From Takakia lepidozioides (taxonomy: Eukaryota; Plantae; Bryophyta), in contig CM060732.1 of the NCBI GenBank assembly GCA_030704615.1, positions 60,574,001-60,638,000 of the forward strand: a stretch of 64,000 nt of DNA, read 5' to 3'. The notes under the pieces are model-generated. The model was not told the DNA's origin and made no database searches. It worked only from the letters and a program-made list of their open reading frames with translations. Within the stretch, counting starts at the first letter, position 1. The number at the start of each line of letters is the position of its first letter. The position numbers and the translations under genes were made by a program. Positions 26,608-37,221 of this stretch are shown piece after piece.

Positions 26608-26872
26608 TACCACAGAGTAGAGGAGAGGACTGAATTAACAATCACCGCTCTCCCCGCCAAAAAGAGATGGGTGTTGCACCAGTAAGTCAATTGCTTCTTT
26701 ATCTTGGAAATCAAGAATTCATCGACGTCCTTTACATCAAGGTTGAGCCCAAAAGAAGTTTCTAACATCTTGGAGAGCTCCTCATCCCTCGCCCACTTCC
26801 ACCCTAACTCTTCAGTCCAAGCCGGGCAAGGTAGGGTCTTGGAGCACCAGTAAGCACCACTTTTATCCCAGT
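26608..26872 (-). mobile_element. Upstream continuation of the same LINE ORF2, truncated by a CACTA end
   Basis: Minus translation FLISKIKKQLTYWCNTHLFLAGRAVIVNSVLSSTLW joins YFVSVW at 15335 across the retroelement. Confidence 0.85.
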
Positions 26873-27400
26873 CACTACAGCAAATGGGGGCGGGTTTACG
26901 ACGCCAGCCGCGCCCCCACGTCTCGCGCGGTGCTGAACCCGTGACGCCGAGCCTGCGGCACTTTTTTGCGACGCCCCGGCGTTGCAATCCCCCGCTGCGA
27001 CACATTGCGATGCCCAGCCGTCGCAAAGTGGCATGAAGGGGGGAAAATGGCTCTCACTGCGACGGATTTTTTTTCTTGCGATGCCTCGGCGTCGCAAAAG
27101 CGTCACTGAGGGCGCCCCAGCACCTCTGCGACACTAGGGCATCGCAACAACATCACCACAATGAGAGTTTGTTTGTTGTTTTTTTTTTTGGCTTCAACTT
27201 CACAAAAGCATCTCTTGGGGCGTCCCGCGCTGGGACGGCCAATGCTGTGACGTCAGGGGGTCGCAACGGCGTCGCCACAGGGGGTCGCAATGGTGTTGTA
27301 GTCAGCTTAGGTCATCACAAGGACGTCGTTTGGGGCGTCTGGCGGTGGGGGGGTGCAACAATGGCGACGACGTTGGGGTTGGGGCTGGGGCTGGGCACTA
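26873..27400 (+). mobile_element. CACTA (En/Spm) terminus with GCGACG-type subterminal repeats; partner end not seen
   Basis: CACTACAGCAAAT at the LINE breakpoint, followed by many GCGACG/CGTCGC motifs. The same terminus occurs at 31943. Confidence 0.7.
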
Positions 27401-27469
27401 AGGTTGTGGAGGTTGTAACTCTCAGACGTCTCAAGAGGGACCCTTCTTAGAAGGAACTTGAAGGAAATC

Positions 27470-27472
<3 letters not shown>

Positions 27473-27502
<30 letters not shown>
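27473..27502. repeat. (AT)n microsatellite
   Basis: About 15 AT units, read directly. Confidence 0.95.
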
Positions 27503-27506
<4 letters not shown>

Positions 27507-28639
27507 TTGTTTTTGTGATACATAGATGTAGTGTAGGTGAGTTGGTTAGTCTGTAGTGTGATAGAAATGTTATAACGTAGAGATCTTAGGTTCAAGTATG
27601 CATTGCATGATATATGTAGAACAATGAACATATCGTCATTAAATAGAACCGGAGTCAATGGTCAATAAGTTTTTGAAATTCAAATTGGTTGAGGAAGATA
27701 ATTGGTGTCCATGACAGGTCCTAACCCCGAAGACATTAAGGCAGTCTCCAGTTGCTACTGAAGATGAAGACCCGGGAAGAGTAAGAAACACTTTTTGACC
27801 CGTCTCTAAGGTCATGATCACCGGAACCTCCACTGCACACGCGAGGTTCAAGAAACTGAAAACCCCTCCGTAACAACTTTACTCAGAGAAGTTTTCAGTA
27901 TGAGTTAAAATTATATTCAGAGATGAATCAAAAAATGAAATACCCTCGCGTAAGAACGTTTCAGAGAAGTAGAATAGAAATGGAATTACTGTTTGGTCTG
28001 GAACATGTAATGTGAAGATGAAGTCTAATTATATAACCTCTACTGTACAGTGGAGGTTGGATGAGATACAGATAAAAAAAGTCGGACGGATAAATGTGAT
28101 GAATATGGTTACGTGGATGAATAATTGTAATGACAGATGAATGTGAGCATTGACGTGACTGTTTAGTGGAGGTCCACGACTTGAGGGATGACGAAATACA
28201 GAAATTGGAGAGATGGACAAATACAGCGAAAAGAGAGTATTGGACTGTAATTTCTAAACGTGCAAATGAGAAATAAGTAGATTTTCCTGTAGACTATAAA
28301 AAACACACAGATGTCATAACATTTTCTACGGGAAAAAATGTAATTCACACGAGAGATTATGGAAATTCAGAGAGATACACCTGCGATGGCCACAGAGGTA
28401 CAAGATGCTCAGAGAGATGCACTATGGGCAGTGAGGTGGGAGATGACTAGAGAGGTGCGGGAAACACAATCTACAAGTGAGAGGTATGGAGATAGAAGTT
28501 TGATCAGTTTACACTCAAACCTTATATAGAGGTGGAAACCGGGTTGCCAGTTGGAACCCCTCCAATAGGATAGTGCGATATATTGTCTCATGGATCGATT
28601 TTCGGCGCCGTTCATCCATGTGATGATCTAGCAGAATGC

Positions 28640-28924
28640 ATTAGAGTGAGAGTCATGAAGTCATATGTCTGTCTAGCAATATGCACACGTCATTCCAGTG
28701 TAGCCATGACCGTGACTGGTAGTCATAGCTGCCATGCCAATATTCATGGTCAAACATGTTTGACCTGTGTTGCGCAGAGTCCGGAGCCATGCAGTCGCAT
28801 ATACGCCTTCCCCAGACCTGCATTATGACTTCAAAAGCATTTTACGACTGCAAATGGCATTTCTGCCACAAATCTGTCATGAGCGCACCCATGGGAGTCA
28901 TAAAAGCCGAAATCTGTTGTAGTG
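28640..28924. mobile_element. CACTA terminus (family 2, CACTACAACAGATT on the minus strand) with GTCAT/ATGAC subterminal repeats
   Basis: AATCTGTTGTAGTG ends at 28924. The flank reads AAC on the minus strand, matching the AAC flank of the 51708 terminus. Confidence 0.75.
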
Positions 28925-30252
28925 GTTGTGTCAAATTTTTGTGCCTTATTTGGGTCGTTTAGGAGCTTAGATAGCTTCACGAGCCTCATCAGATCTTTTG
29001 ACCATATAATCTTTGAGGGCCAGTCAGAGTAATACTTCTTAAGATTGTCGTCGTCTACGTCTTGCACAAGTTCCTACGACATAATTGAATAAGGTCAGAA
29101 ATGATATGAACCTCCACTGTCTAGTGGAGGTTCATGTTGTTACAAAAATTGGATTTTGTGGAGAAATTTACCTTGGCAACAATGATCGTGTGTTGTCCAC
29201 CGATGACGAAGAATCTGGACTTTTCCACCTCCTTCCAGTTTCGCGGTTTCGAACTAAAAACCTCCATAGGCTTCTCGGGGTTGCGGGAATCAAATAAATT
29301 GGATGTTTGGAGTCGAACACCCGGAGCTAGTAAAGACGCGCTTTGACTTTGTCTTTGTGCTTAACATTTAGGGGCCTGTACACCATATCCCTAGGAGCAA
29401 GCTCCATCATGGAAACTTTGACGTCCTGGGTCGCCTCAAACCCAAAAGGAAACATGTCATTGTAGTCTTGAACCTCTCCTGCATCTTCTCACACTTCTCT
29501 TTGTTGAAGATGTCTGCAGCCTTGGGTTTCTTGTTATTTGTCATGAAAGCGGGATCCATCTCCTCCTTTTGTTTCTTCTTTCCCCCTGATGTCCCGGCTT
29601 CATTCTCATCACCACCGGCATCAGTGGATTTCCGTTTTCCCTTCCTTGGCCGCGCTCTCGGAGCCTCCTCCTCCCGCGTCTTTGCAATCTCCTTACCCTT
29701 TAAGTAAAGCACATCCAAGAAAATACCCCAAGCCATGCAAAAACCTGCATCTATAAATTGAGTACCCTCGTCGCAATATGTGAACCCCGCCCGAATGGAC
29801 TCTCTCATCATGGCCTTCCTTAGAAGTCGTACCTCCAGTTTGAAGCCAAACGTTCTGGGAAATCTATCATCTTCCATCATGAAAATGACCAACATCGGAA
29901 ATTCCACCTCCATCTCTAGCTCTACGTCGACCACATCTCCATATTTGAGCTCGGCGACCTCTGCACCAATCTTGTAGTGGAACCAGAACTTATGGTCTAG
30001 AGCTGTTCCAACGAGGACAATGCCCTATTCTGTGAATTTCGGGTTGAGCTCAAAAATTGCCAGGTGATCATTCTTGAAATTTGGAGATTTTCGAGAAACA
30101 AATGAATCACAGATAGGTTTGCACATTCCAACAATACAATCCCTGGGGGTGATGTTGCTATCGACAGAACAAACCACCTCGGTCGTCAGACACATATCAT
30201 AACGACCATACAAAATTCTTAGGACCTCCACTCTCCAGTGGAGGTTCACCAC
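28925..30252 (-). pseudogene. N-terminal part of a TE-borne gene with a ParB/Srx-like domain; degraded, intron 29171-29074
   Basis: Minus translation MVYRPLNVKH...KPRNWKEVEKSRFFVIGGQHTIIVAK|ELVQDVDDDNLKKYYSDWPSKIIWSKDLMRLVKLSKLLNDPNKAQKFDT. VIGGQHT resembles the ParB/Srx G-x-H motif. A GT-AG intron, stops and frameshifts are present. Confidence 0.55.
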
Positions 30253-30475
30253 TGCACACTCTCATAGCTGACAGATAAAACAATTCAATTCAGGAAGAAA
30301 AAAAGATTTCACTCATTAGAAGAAAAAAATATTTATTAAGAGAAGGCTCGTCTCGCCATTCCATACATCATCCGGTCTCAAAATTGTTCGAATATCGAAT
30401 ACCTAATACTTGAAAGAACTCGATATATTCTTGTAAGTTGAGGTTCATCCCTTCATTTTCTTATATGTACAATAA

Positions 30476-30796
30476 CTACATGAGGCTCTCTCGAATCATC
30501 CTGAGGGTTTCAGGGGAGTACTCTCTAGGGGTATATGTCGGAGAATCTTCAGGGACGTACTGAGGAGAATCTGCAGGGACGTATTCTGGAGAATCAGCGG
30601 CGACATATTCTGGATAAATTACAAGTACAAATACTGGATACTGCGGAGAGTTGGGACTGTATCCGGGAGAGGACGGAAGGACGGATCCAGGGGACTGTTC
30701 ACTATCTCCTACAGAAATGTGATAATCTGAATTAGACTGAAGATTGCAGTCAGCAGTTTCATCTTTTTCTTCCTCGGTTTCCTCTGTTGTCTCCCG
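30476..30796 (-). pseudogene. Open frame ending in RNA Pol II CTD-like Y-x-P-x(1-2)-S-P repeats
   Basis: Minus translation ..SSPG YSPNSPQ Y..YPE YVAADSPE YVPADSPQ YVPEDSPT YTPRE YSPETLRMIRESLM*. No start codon, upstream in-frame stop. Confidence 0.4.
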
Positions 30797-31127
30797 TCAA
30801 ATAACTTCCTCGAACATTGATTCTTCAGTGCCCGGATTTATGAAGGTTCGCACGTCAGAGCCCACATCTGAAATCTGATTCTCAGATCTCTTTTTGAAGG
30901 TTTTTGTTTTCGACAAAACCAGTTTTTGCGTCTTGGTTTTCTGCTTTGTTGATGTTTACTGGATTCTGTCTCCTTGGCCTCTTACAGATGTCGACGACGG
31001 TCTCAGAACTATCTTTGGCCACCGTGTGCACTCCTATGCACCTTCTTTTTATATTGACATAACAAAAAATCAACGCAGGGGAGGCACCGACATAAGTCTA
31101 TTTCAAAGCCGATACCAATCTGGTCTT

Positions 31128-31942
31128 CCCTAGGCATAGGAGGTGGTGCAGGTGGGGCTTGAACCTCAGGCCTTGGAGCTGGTGCAACATGAGTAATGGC
31201 CATGGCAGCAAGACGTTGTTCTAGCTGGGCAAGCCCTATCCACTGCCTTGGTCATGACCTTGACCCTGACCTTGTGCTCCTTGGTTTTGGTTATGACCTC
31301 CACCACGACCTCTGCCTCCTCTACCTCTCTGGACTACATTGCCTCGTCCTCGGCCACCATTGTTCCTTTGGAACTGGCCTGGCCGTAGCTCAAGATGCAA
31401 GTCATAACAATGGGCCTCATCATGCCTATACTTGCCACAAATGCCCACATTGTAATTGTGTAGGCTGTGCCTATGTCGGCCCTTTGCCTCTCTCCGGGCA
31501 ATCCTTCTTAATATGAGGTCCTCCACAATCCCAACAATTCACACCCGACTATTGTTGGCCTGAGGATGAAGGAAGAGGCCTTTGCATCTAAGATCCTCTC
31601 TGTCCTCCCCTGCGCTTCGCTTGAGCCCCCTTGTTGCCCTAAGCACGTTGGGATAGTGCTTATTGTTGACTAGGAGCCCCACTTTGTTGTGTCTCCTTAC
31701 CTAACCCCACCATGACCACTCGCTCCTCCACCATATTGAGCTCTATCCGTTCTACCAGCAAAAACACATTTGCTAACGTGGGTTGGTCCACTTGTAGAAG
31801 AGTTGCATCTCGCACCCTTCTCCTCAGCTCCTTGTCCAATATCCCATACCAGAATTGGACTGCCTAAGCTTCCTAACCCCTTGGGTTACATTTATCAAGC
31901 GCCTCATGCGAGTGTAAGCCTCCCTCAAACTCTTAGTAGGCC
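31128..31942 (-). pseudogene. Diverged gag remnant of a relative of the DNMT retroelement (third, older copy)
   Basis: SLREAYTRMRRLINVTQGV, CGKYRHDEAHCYDLHLELRPGQFQRNNGGRGRG and MAITHVAPAPRPE match the Gag of copies 1 and 2. Cut by the CACTA end at 31943. Confidence 0.85.
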
Positions 31943-32520
31943 CACTACAGCAAATTGGGGGGGGGGGTTGCGATGCCAGCCGCGCCCCCACGCCCCGCAC
32001 GGCGCCGAGTGTGCAACGCCAACCCCGCGGAGCGTGTTTGCGACGCCAAGCCGTCGCAGCCAAACCCTGCGGGTCGCCACCTGGCGCCGGGGCCAGGGGG
32101 CGACGCCTGGCCGTCGCACGGGCGGATGAAGGACAGTAGGTAGCCCTTCCGTGCGACGCCCAAGCATCGCCCCCAGCGAAGGGAAGAAGCCAGCCCATTC
32201 TAGTGACGGCCGGTCGTCGCAAGCCCCAAAAAAAAAACATATTTTTGCCCTTTTTTTCATCGCAGCCTTTTTATGCGACGCTCGGCCGTCGCATGGTGGC
32301 ATGAAGGGCAAAAGGCCCCTGCGACGGCCGGGCGTCGCAAACAGCCCGGCTGCCCTATTCTTTCAAACAAAAAAACATGTCACAGCTTGCGACGACGTGC
32401 CATCGCCAATTGCGACCCCAGACCTCGTAAATCCATTCTTTCAAAACAAAAAATCAGGTCGCAGTTGGCGACGGTTGGCCGTCGCCGTTTGCGATCCCTG
32501 GCCTCATAAATACCTCCACT
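31943..32520 (+). mobile_element. CACTA terminus (same family as 26873) with GCGACG subterminal repeats
   Basis: CACTACAGCAAATT at the gag breakpoint. Sequence is similar to 26873-27100. Confidence 0.7.
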
Positions 32521-33479
32521 GGGCAGACGAGGTTCGTGTGGTTTGTCCTGCCGGAGTTTATGGAGGTCTAGAGGTCTACTGAGACTAGTCTACTAGAGTA
32601 GCGTCTACTAGGCCCGAATATCGGAAATTCGAAAAACCAATCGCACAAAACCATGATCCTAACCCACCATAACCCTAATCCATAACCCTAATAATCCAGC
32701 AGCACCATTAAACCAGGACCACAAACCACCCTTACATACCACCATACAAACCACCAGAAGAGAAGCAGCAATGAATTGAAACACCTAAATAGCTTTAATC
32801 AATTCAAACTAATTGAAACAGCTTTGGAAGCAATGAATTCAAACAGCTTTGGAACGAATGAATACAAATGAGATGCTCCGCATCAGACAAGACAGCACAC
32901 TCACGAAACGTGACATGCTAGAAACAAATGGTGCTCTATAATCTCTGGAACGAAAGCGAGTGAGGAAACAAAATCAAACCTACAACGACGTGGGCGATGC
33001 TGACCAATAAGCAGTAAAACAAAAGCAACAGCAAAACAAAAACAAAAGCAAATCAACAAACAGATCAACAAGCACAGGAACAAACTGAAACAGCATAACA
33101 ACAACAAATCTGCAAAACAAAACAAGCCAGAGCGAGCTAGAGAGAATCACATCGAACCTGAGAGAAATAGTAAACAAAAAGATTATCTGCTGGATGCCTA
33201 AGCTATATCAGTGCCTTGTTGATGACCTAAAACGCCTGACCCTTAAGCTTCCACCACTTTGCTCTCCCCTCCGTTCTGTTTCCCTCCCGTCTCATGTCTG
33301 CGCTTGAGAGAGGACTAAGGAAGGATGTGGTGTATGCTTGTGATTTCAAGGATGATTTCTGCAAAGGGCCCCACTGGATATCAAAAAGTAAACTTCTCTT
33401 GAGCCCATCACAAGTTTGCCTTCATTGGAATTGTCTCTCATCTTTCTTATTTCACACTGTAGCTCAACTTTAGGGCTGG

Positions 33480-35556
33480 AGACATGACACTGCCACTGTG
33501 ACAACATGAAAGTATCCAAAAACACGTAACAGAGATGAGGAGAAACTGTGGATGAATACTTTTCTAACCCAAGTCAATGCTGGGACACCGAGGCAAAAAG
33601 GTAAATGCTTGATACATGAGAGTAGCAGACGCAATTCAGTATAGGAACTAGTGTAATAAGCTGAGTTGGGTGTTTCCTAGAACAAATCTAGCTGTCATTA
33701 TCAGCTGCAAGAGACAAAAAGGTGAATGCCTGTTGGACTACAGAGAGAAGCAGATGCAATATAGAATTGGAACTACTATTATAAGTAGGGCTTGGGTGTT
33801 TGCTGGACGGACTTCACGCCGTTAGTGTCAACTGCTAGCAGCAAGGCTGACGATGTATTTATGATTTGTATACAGGCAGGGATATATAGCTGAAGGACTA
33901 GGGATAGAGGTCCAGATTTATCCAAGAGGGCTAGATTTCAAACACAAGATTACTTCTGATTCCCTGTGGATCAATAGCTACAAGTGGATAGATGGTCAAC
34001 TGGAAACGGCAACGGCAACAGCACAATTGATAGAACAAGGCACTGCTGATGAAGGTACCTTCTTCAACACATTTCACCCTGTTTTTCCTGCTATCAGAGT
34101 CGTCCCTGAATTTTGATGTTGAACTCTGCAAGGTAGCTGAGGAGAAGTTCTGGAAGGAATACGTTTAAGACCCCAATGGTGGAACAATCGAGGCAAAAAG
34201 GTGAATGTCTGTTGGAAGTAGACGCAAATCAACATAGGAACTAGTGTGACAAGTAGGGTTGGGGTGTTTGCTGGAACAATTCTAGGTTGCCATTGTCAGC
34301 TACTAACCGCAAAGCAAGGATGTATGCATGATTTTGTGCAGAGGCATGGATAGCTGAAGGGGCAGGGATAGAGTGTGGGTCCAGATTGCTGGATTTCAAG
34401 CTCCAAATTACCTATGATTCCATGTGGAAGGATAGCTACAAGAAACCTGCATGGGTAGATGGTCAACTGGAAGCCGCAGCAGCAACGGCACAATTGATAA
34501 AATCAAGCATTGGTAATCAAGGCACCTTCTTCAACACAATTCACCTTGTTTTTCCCTCTAATCAGAAATCGGTTCTAAATTTTCATGTTCAATTCTGCAA
34601 GTTAGCTGATTGAGTGAACCTTTGATAGTTTGGAGTGACTTTGACAAAGTACTACCAATGTGACAACAGGAAAGTGTCCAGAAACAGGTAACAGAGATGA
34701 GGAGAAGTTGTGGAATGAATACTTCCTGACTCCAGTCAATGGTGGGACAATCGAGGCAAAAAAGTGAATGTCTGATGGATTACAGAGAGTAGCATATGCT
34801 ATTAAGCATATGAACTAGTGTGATAAGTAGGGTTGGGGTGTTTGCTTGAACAATTCTAGGCTGTCATTGTCAGCTGCTAGCAGCAAGGCAAGGATGTATC
34901 CATGATTTGTGCAGAGGTATGGATAGCTGAAGGGGCAGGGATAGAGTGTGGGTCCAGATTCATCCAAGAGGGATGGATTTCAAGCTCCAGATTACCTATG
35001 ATTCGATATAAAATCAGGCACTGGTAATCAAGGCACCTTCTTCAACACAATTCACCTTGTTTTTCCCTCTAATCAGAAATCGGTTCTAAATTTTCATGTT
35101 CAATTTTGCAAGTTAGCTGGTTGAGTGAACCTTTGAGAGTTTGGAGTGACTTTGACATGGTACTACCAATGTGACAACAGGAAAGTGTCCAGAAACAGGT
35201 AACAGAGATGAGAAGAAGTTGTGGAATGAATACTTCCTGACTCCAGTCAATGGTGGGACAATCGAGGCAAAAAAGTGAATGCCTGATGGATTACAGAGAG
35301 TAGCATATGCTATTAAGCATATGAACTAGTGTGGTAAGTAGGGTTGGGGTGTTTGCTTGAACAATTCTAGGCTATCATTGTCAGCTGCTAGCAGTAAGGC
35401 AAGGATGTATCCATGATTTGTGCAAAGGTATGGATAGCTGAAGGGGCAGGGATAGAGTGTGGGTCCAGATTCATCCAAGAATGTTGGATTTCAAGCTCCA
35501 GATTACCTATGATTCCTTGTGGAAGGATAGCTACAAGAAACCTGCGTAGATGGTCA
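33480..35556. repeat. Degenerate tandem repeat, unit ~510-590 bp (about 3.5-4 units)
   Basis: ACTACCAATGTGACAACAGGAAAGTGTCCAG recurs at 34651 and 35162 (511 bp apart). GTAACAGAGATGAG and GTCAGCTGCTAGCAG recur. Related sequence lies at 48570-48740 and 49806-50530. Confidence 0.85.
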
Positions 35557-36256
35557 ATTTCTTGTTGTGGTAGTGCTTAGCAACATCGTGCTTGAAGAAT
35601 GAAGTATATTTTAGGAATGTATATAGGCAGACTGGTTCAAACACCATGTCAGTGTCTGATGTATTAACATCCAATATCGTTCGAAGGTGCAATGTCCTCT
35701 GAGGTTGTGTTGTATGACATGTTTGATTGTAGTTGTGCCTTTCATATGTTGTTGCTTCTGCCAGTCTATGCAACAGGGTTGGTGGTAGAATTTTTCTTTG
35801 CCACTCTTTGCAACTGCCAACAGGGTTGGGGGTCAATTCGTTGGTCATTGAAAGATTAATGCATGCTCTCTTTCCCTGCATAGGGGTTGTGTCTTGGTAT
35901 AGATGGCCTTTCTTCTTTGCCAATTGTTGTGCTTATGAGAGCTCCACAAAGTTAAATTTCATATTAATTTAATTTAATTTAATATCTAAATTAGTCATTT
36001 AAAATTAAATAACATTTAATAAATTGTAAAATCTACATGATCAACAGGTGTCAGTCATACCTGCTCCAACGAAACCACGTGCCATCTGTAGTGTTGTAGT
36101 GATATAGTCATACCCATAGTCGTGTAGTCATAAAGATATGACTACTCCACTGCACCATCAGGTGATGATTACATATGTCAATGCCCAAGGATCCCACATG
36201 TCACGCAGAGGCCTCTCCATGTAGGCGCAATGTTGTAGTGATGTAGTCGTAACCTC

Positions 36257-36963
36257 TGTCGTGCGCATACATATCGCTACACAACTACATCGCTGTCCAA
36301 AACCACACAACACATGTGCACACCACACACTAGTATACTACTAGTCCACACTAGTCCAGCCACTAGTCCAACCACTAGGCTACAACTAGTCAGTCACTAG
36401 GCTGCCATTATGCTGCCTACTATGGCAGTCACTAGTCCACACAATGATAAAGAGGAAGAATACAAGCACAAGCTCATGCGAGCTCACAAAGCTGAAGCAT
36501 AAACTTATGCATATATAACCTCATCACTCAAATACAAGTCAAGCCAAGTGCACCCCACGCCATGGGGAATCCACACTACGGCGCCATAGCTAGGCGCGGT
36601 GAGGCTCAACTCGAGAAAGATGAGCCTCATGCGCTTGCCGTGAAGATAACCACTCCAGGGCCTAAATCTGCCTTGACCCCTGGATTGACACTTGGGCCAA
36701 TCCCAAATGTCAATATGTAAAAGCTAGCTATTTCCTAGCTAGTTTCACACTAGTGGTAAAATAACTTGACAGCTGTCGTGCGCATACATATCGCTACACA
36801 ACTACATCGCTGTCCAAAACCACACAACACATGTACACACCACACACTAGTATACTACTAGTCCACCACTAGTCCAGCCACTAGTCCAACCACTAGGCTA
36901 CAACTAGTCAGTCACTAGGCTGCCATTATGCTACCCACTATGGCAGTCACTAGTCCACACAAT
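36257..36963 (-). repeat. 3' repeat block of copy 2: B1 (36962-36774), GC, A2 (36771-36445), B2 (36444-36257)
   Basis: A2 matches A1 (47984-48310) with one difference seen in 327 bp. B1 and B2 (~189 bp) differ at about 4 positions. Confidence 0.93.
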
Positions 36964-37221
36964 CGCCCCCCTAGCTGGTGCTTAGGTCCCTCTAAGTCCA
37001 GGTAGCCACAAGATGTGATAGTGACCATAGCCTCACTAAGTCCTCCACCATTATCCCTACTACACTCAAACTCGATAGATCAAGAGGCCGGGTGCAAGAG
37101 TTGCCCCATCATTAGGCGCCATCTTGCAACCTGTGAACTTGAGCTTGGGATCTCATGTATTGACTCCTATGAGCTTGGCCTCCCATGTCTTGTTAGCTGC
37201 CTCCAGTCATGTCCACTGCCA

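Noticed and set aside
31100-31117. TGGTATCGGC on the minus strand as a tRNA-Met PBS
   Set aside because: Only a 7-nt match, with no adjacent LTR end or gag.
26873-31955. The two CACTACAGCAAAT ends as one element
   Set aside because: Same orientation, non-matching 3-bp flanks (AGT versus GCC) and different host sequences. Treated as independent truncated insertions.
32655-32692. ACCCTAA telomere-like motifs
   Set aside because: Only two or three scattered copies, not an array.
26608-36256. Inversion caused by recombination between the two inverted retroelement copies
   Set aside because: Each copy retains its own matching TSD pair (TACC/TACC, CCTC/CCTC), so their flanks were not exchanged.
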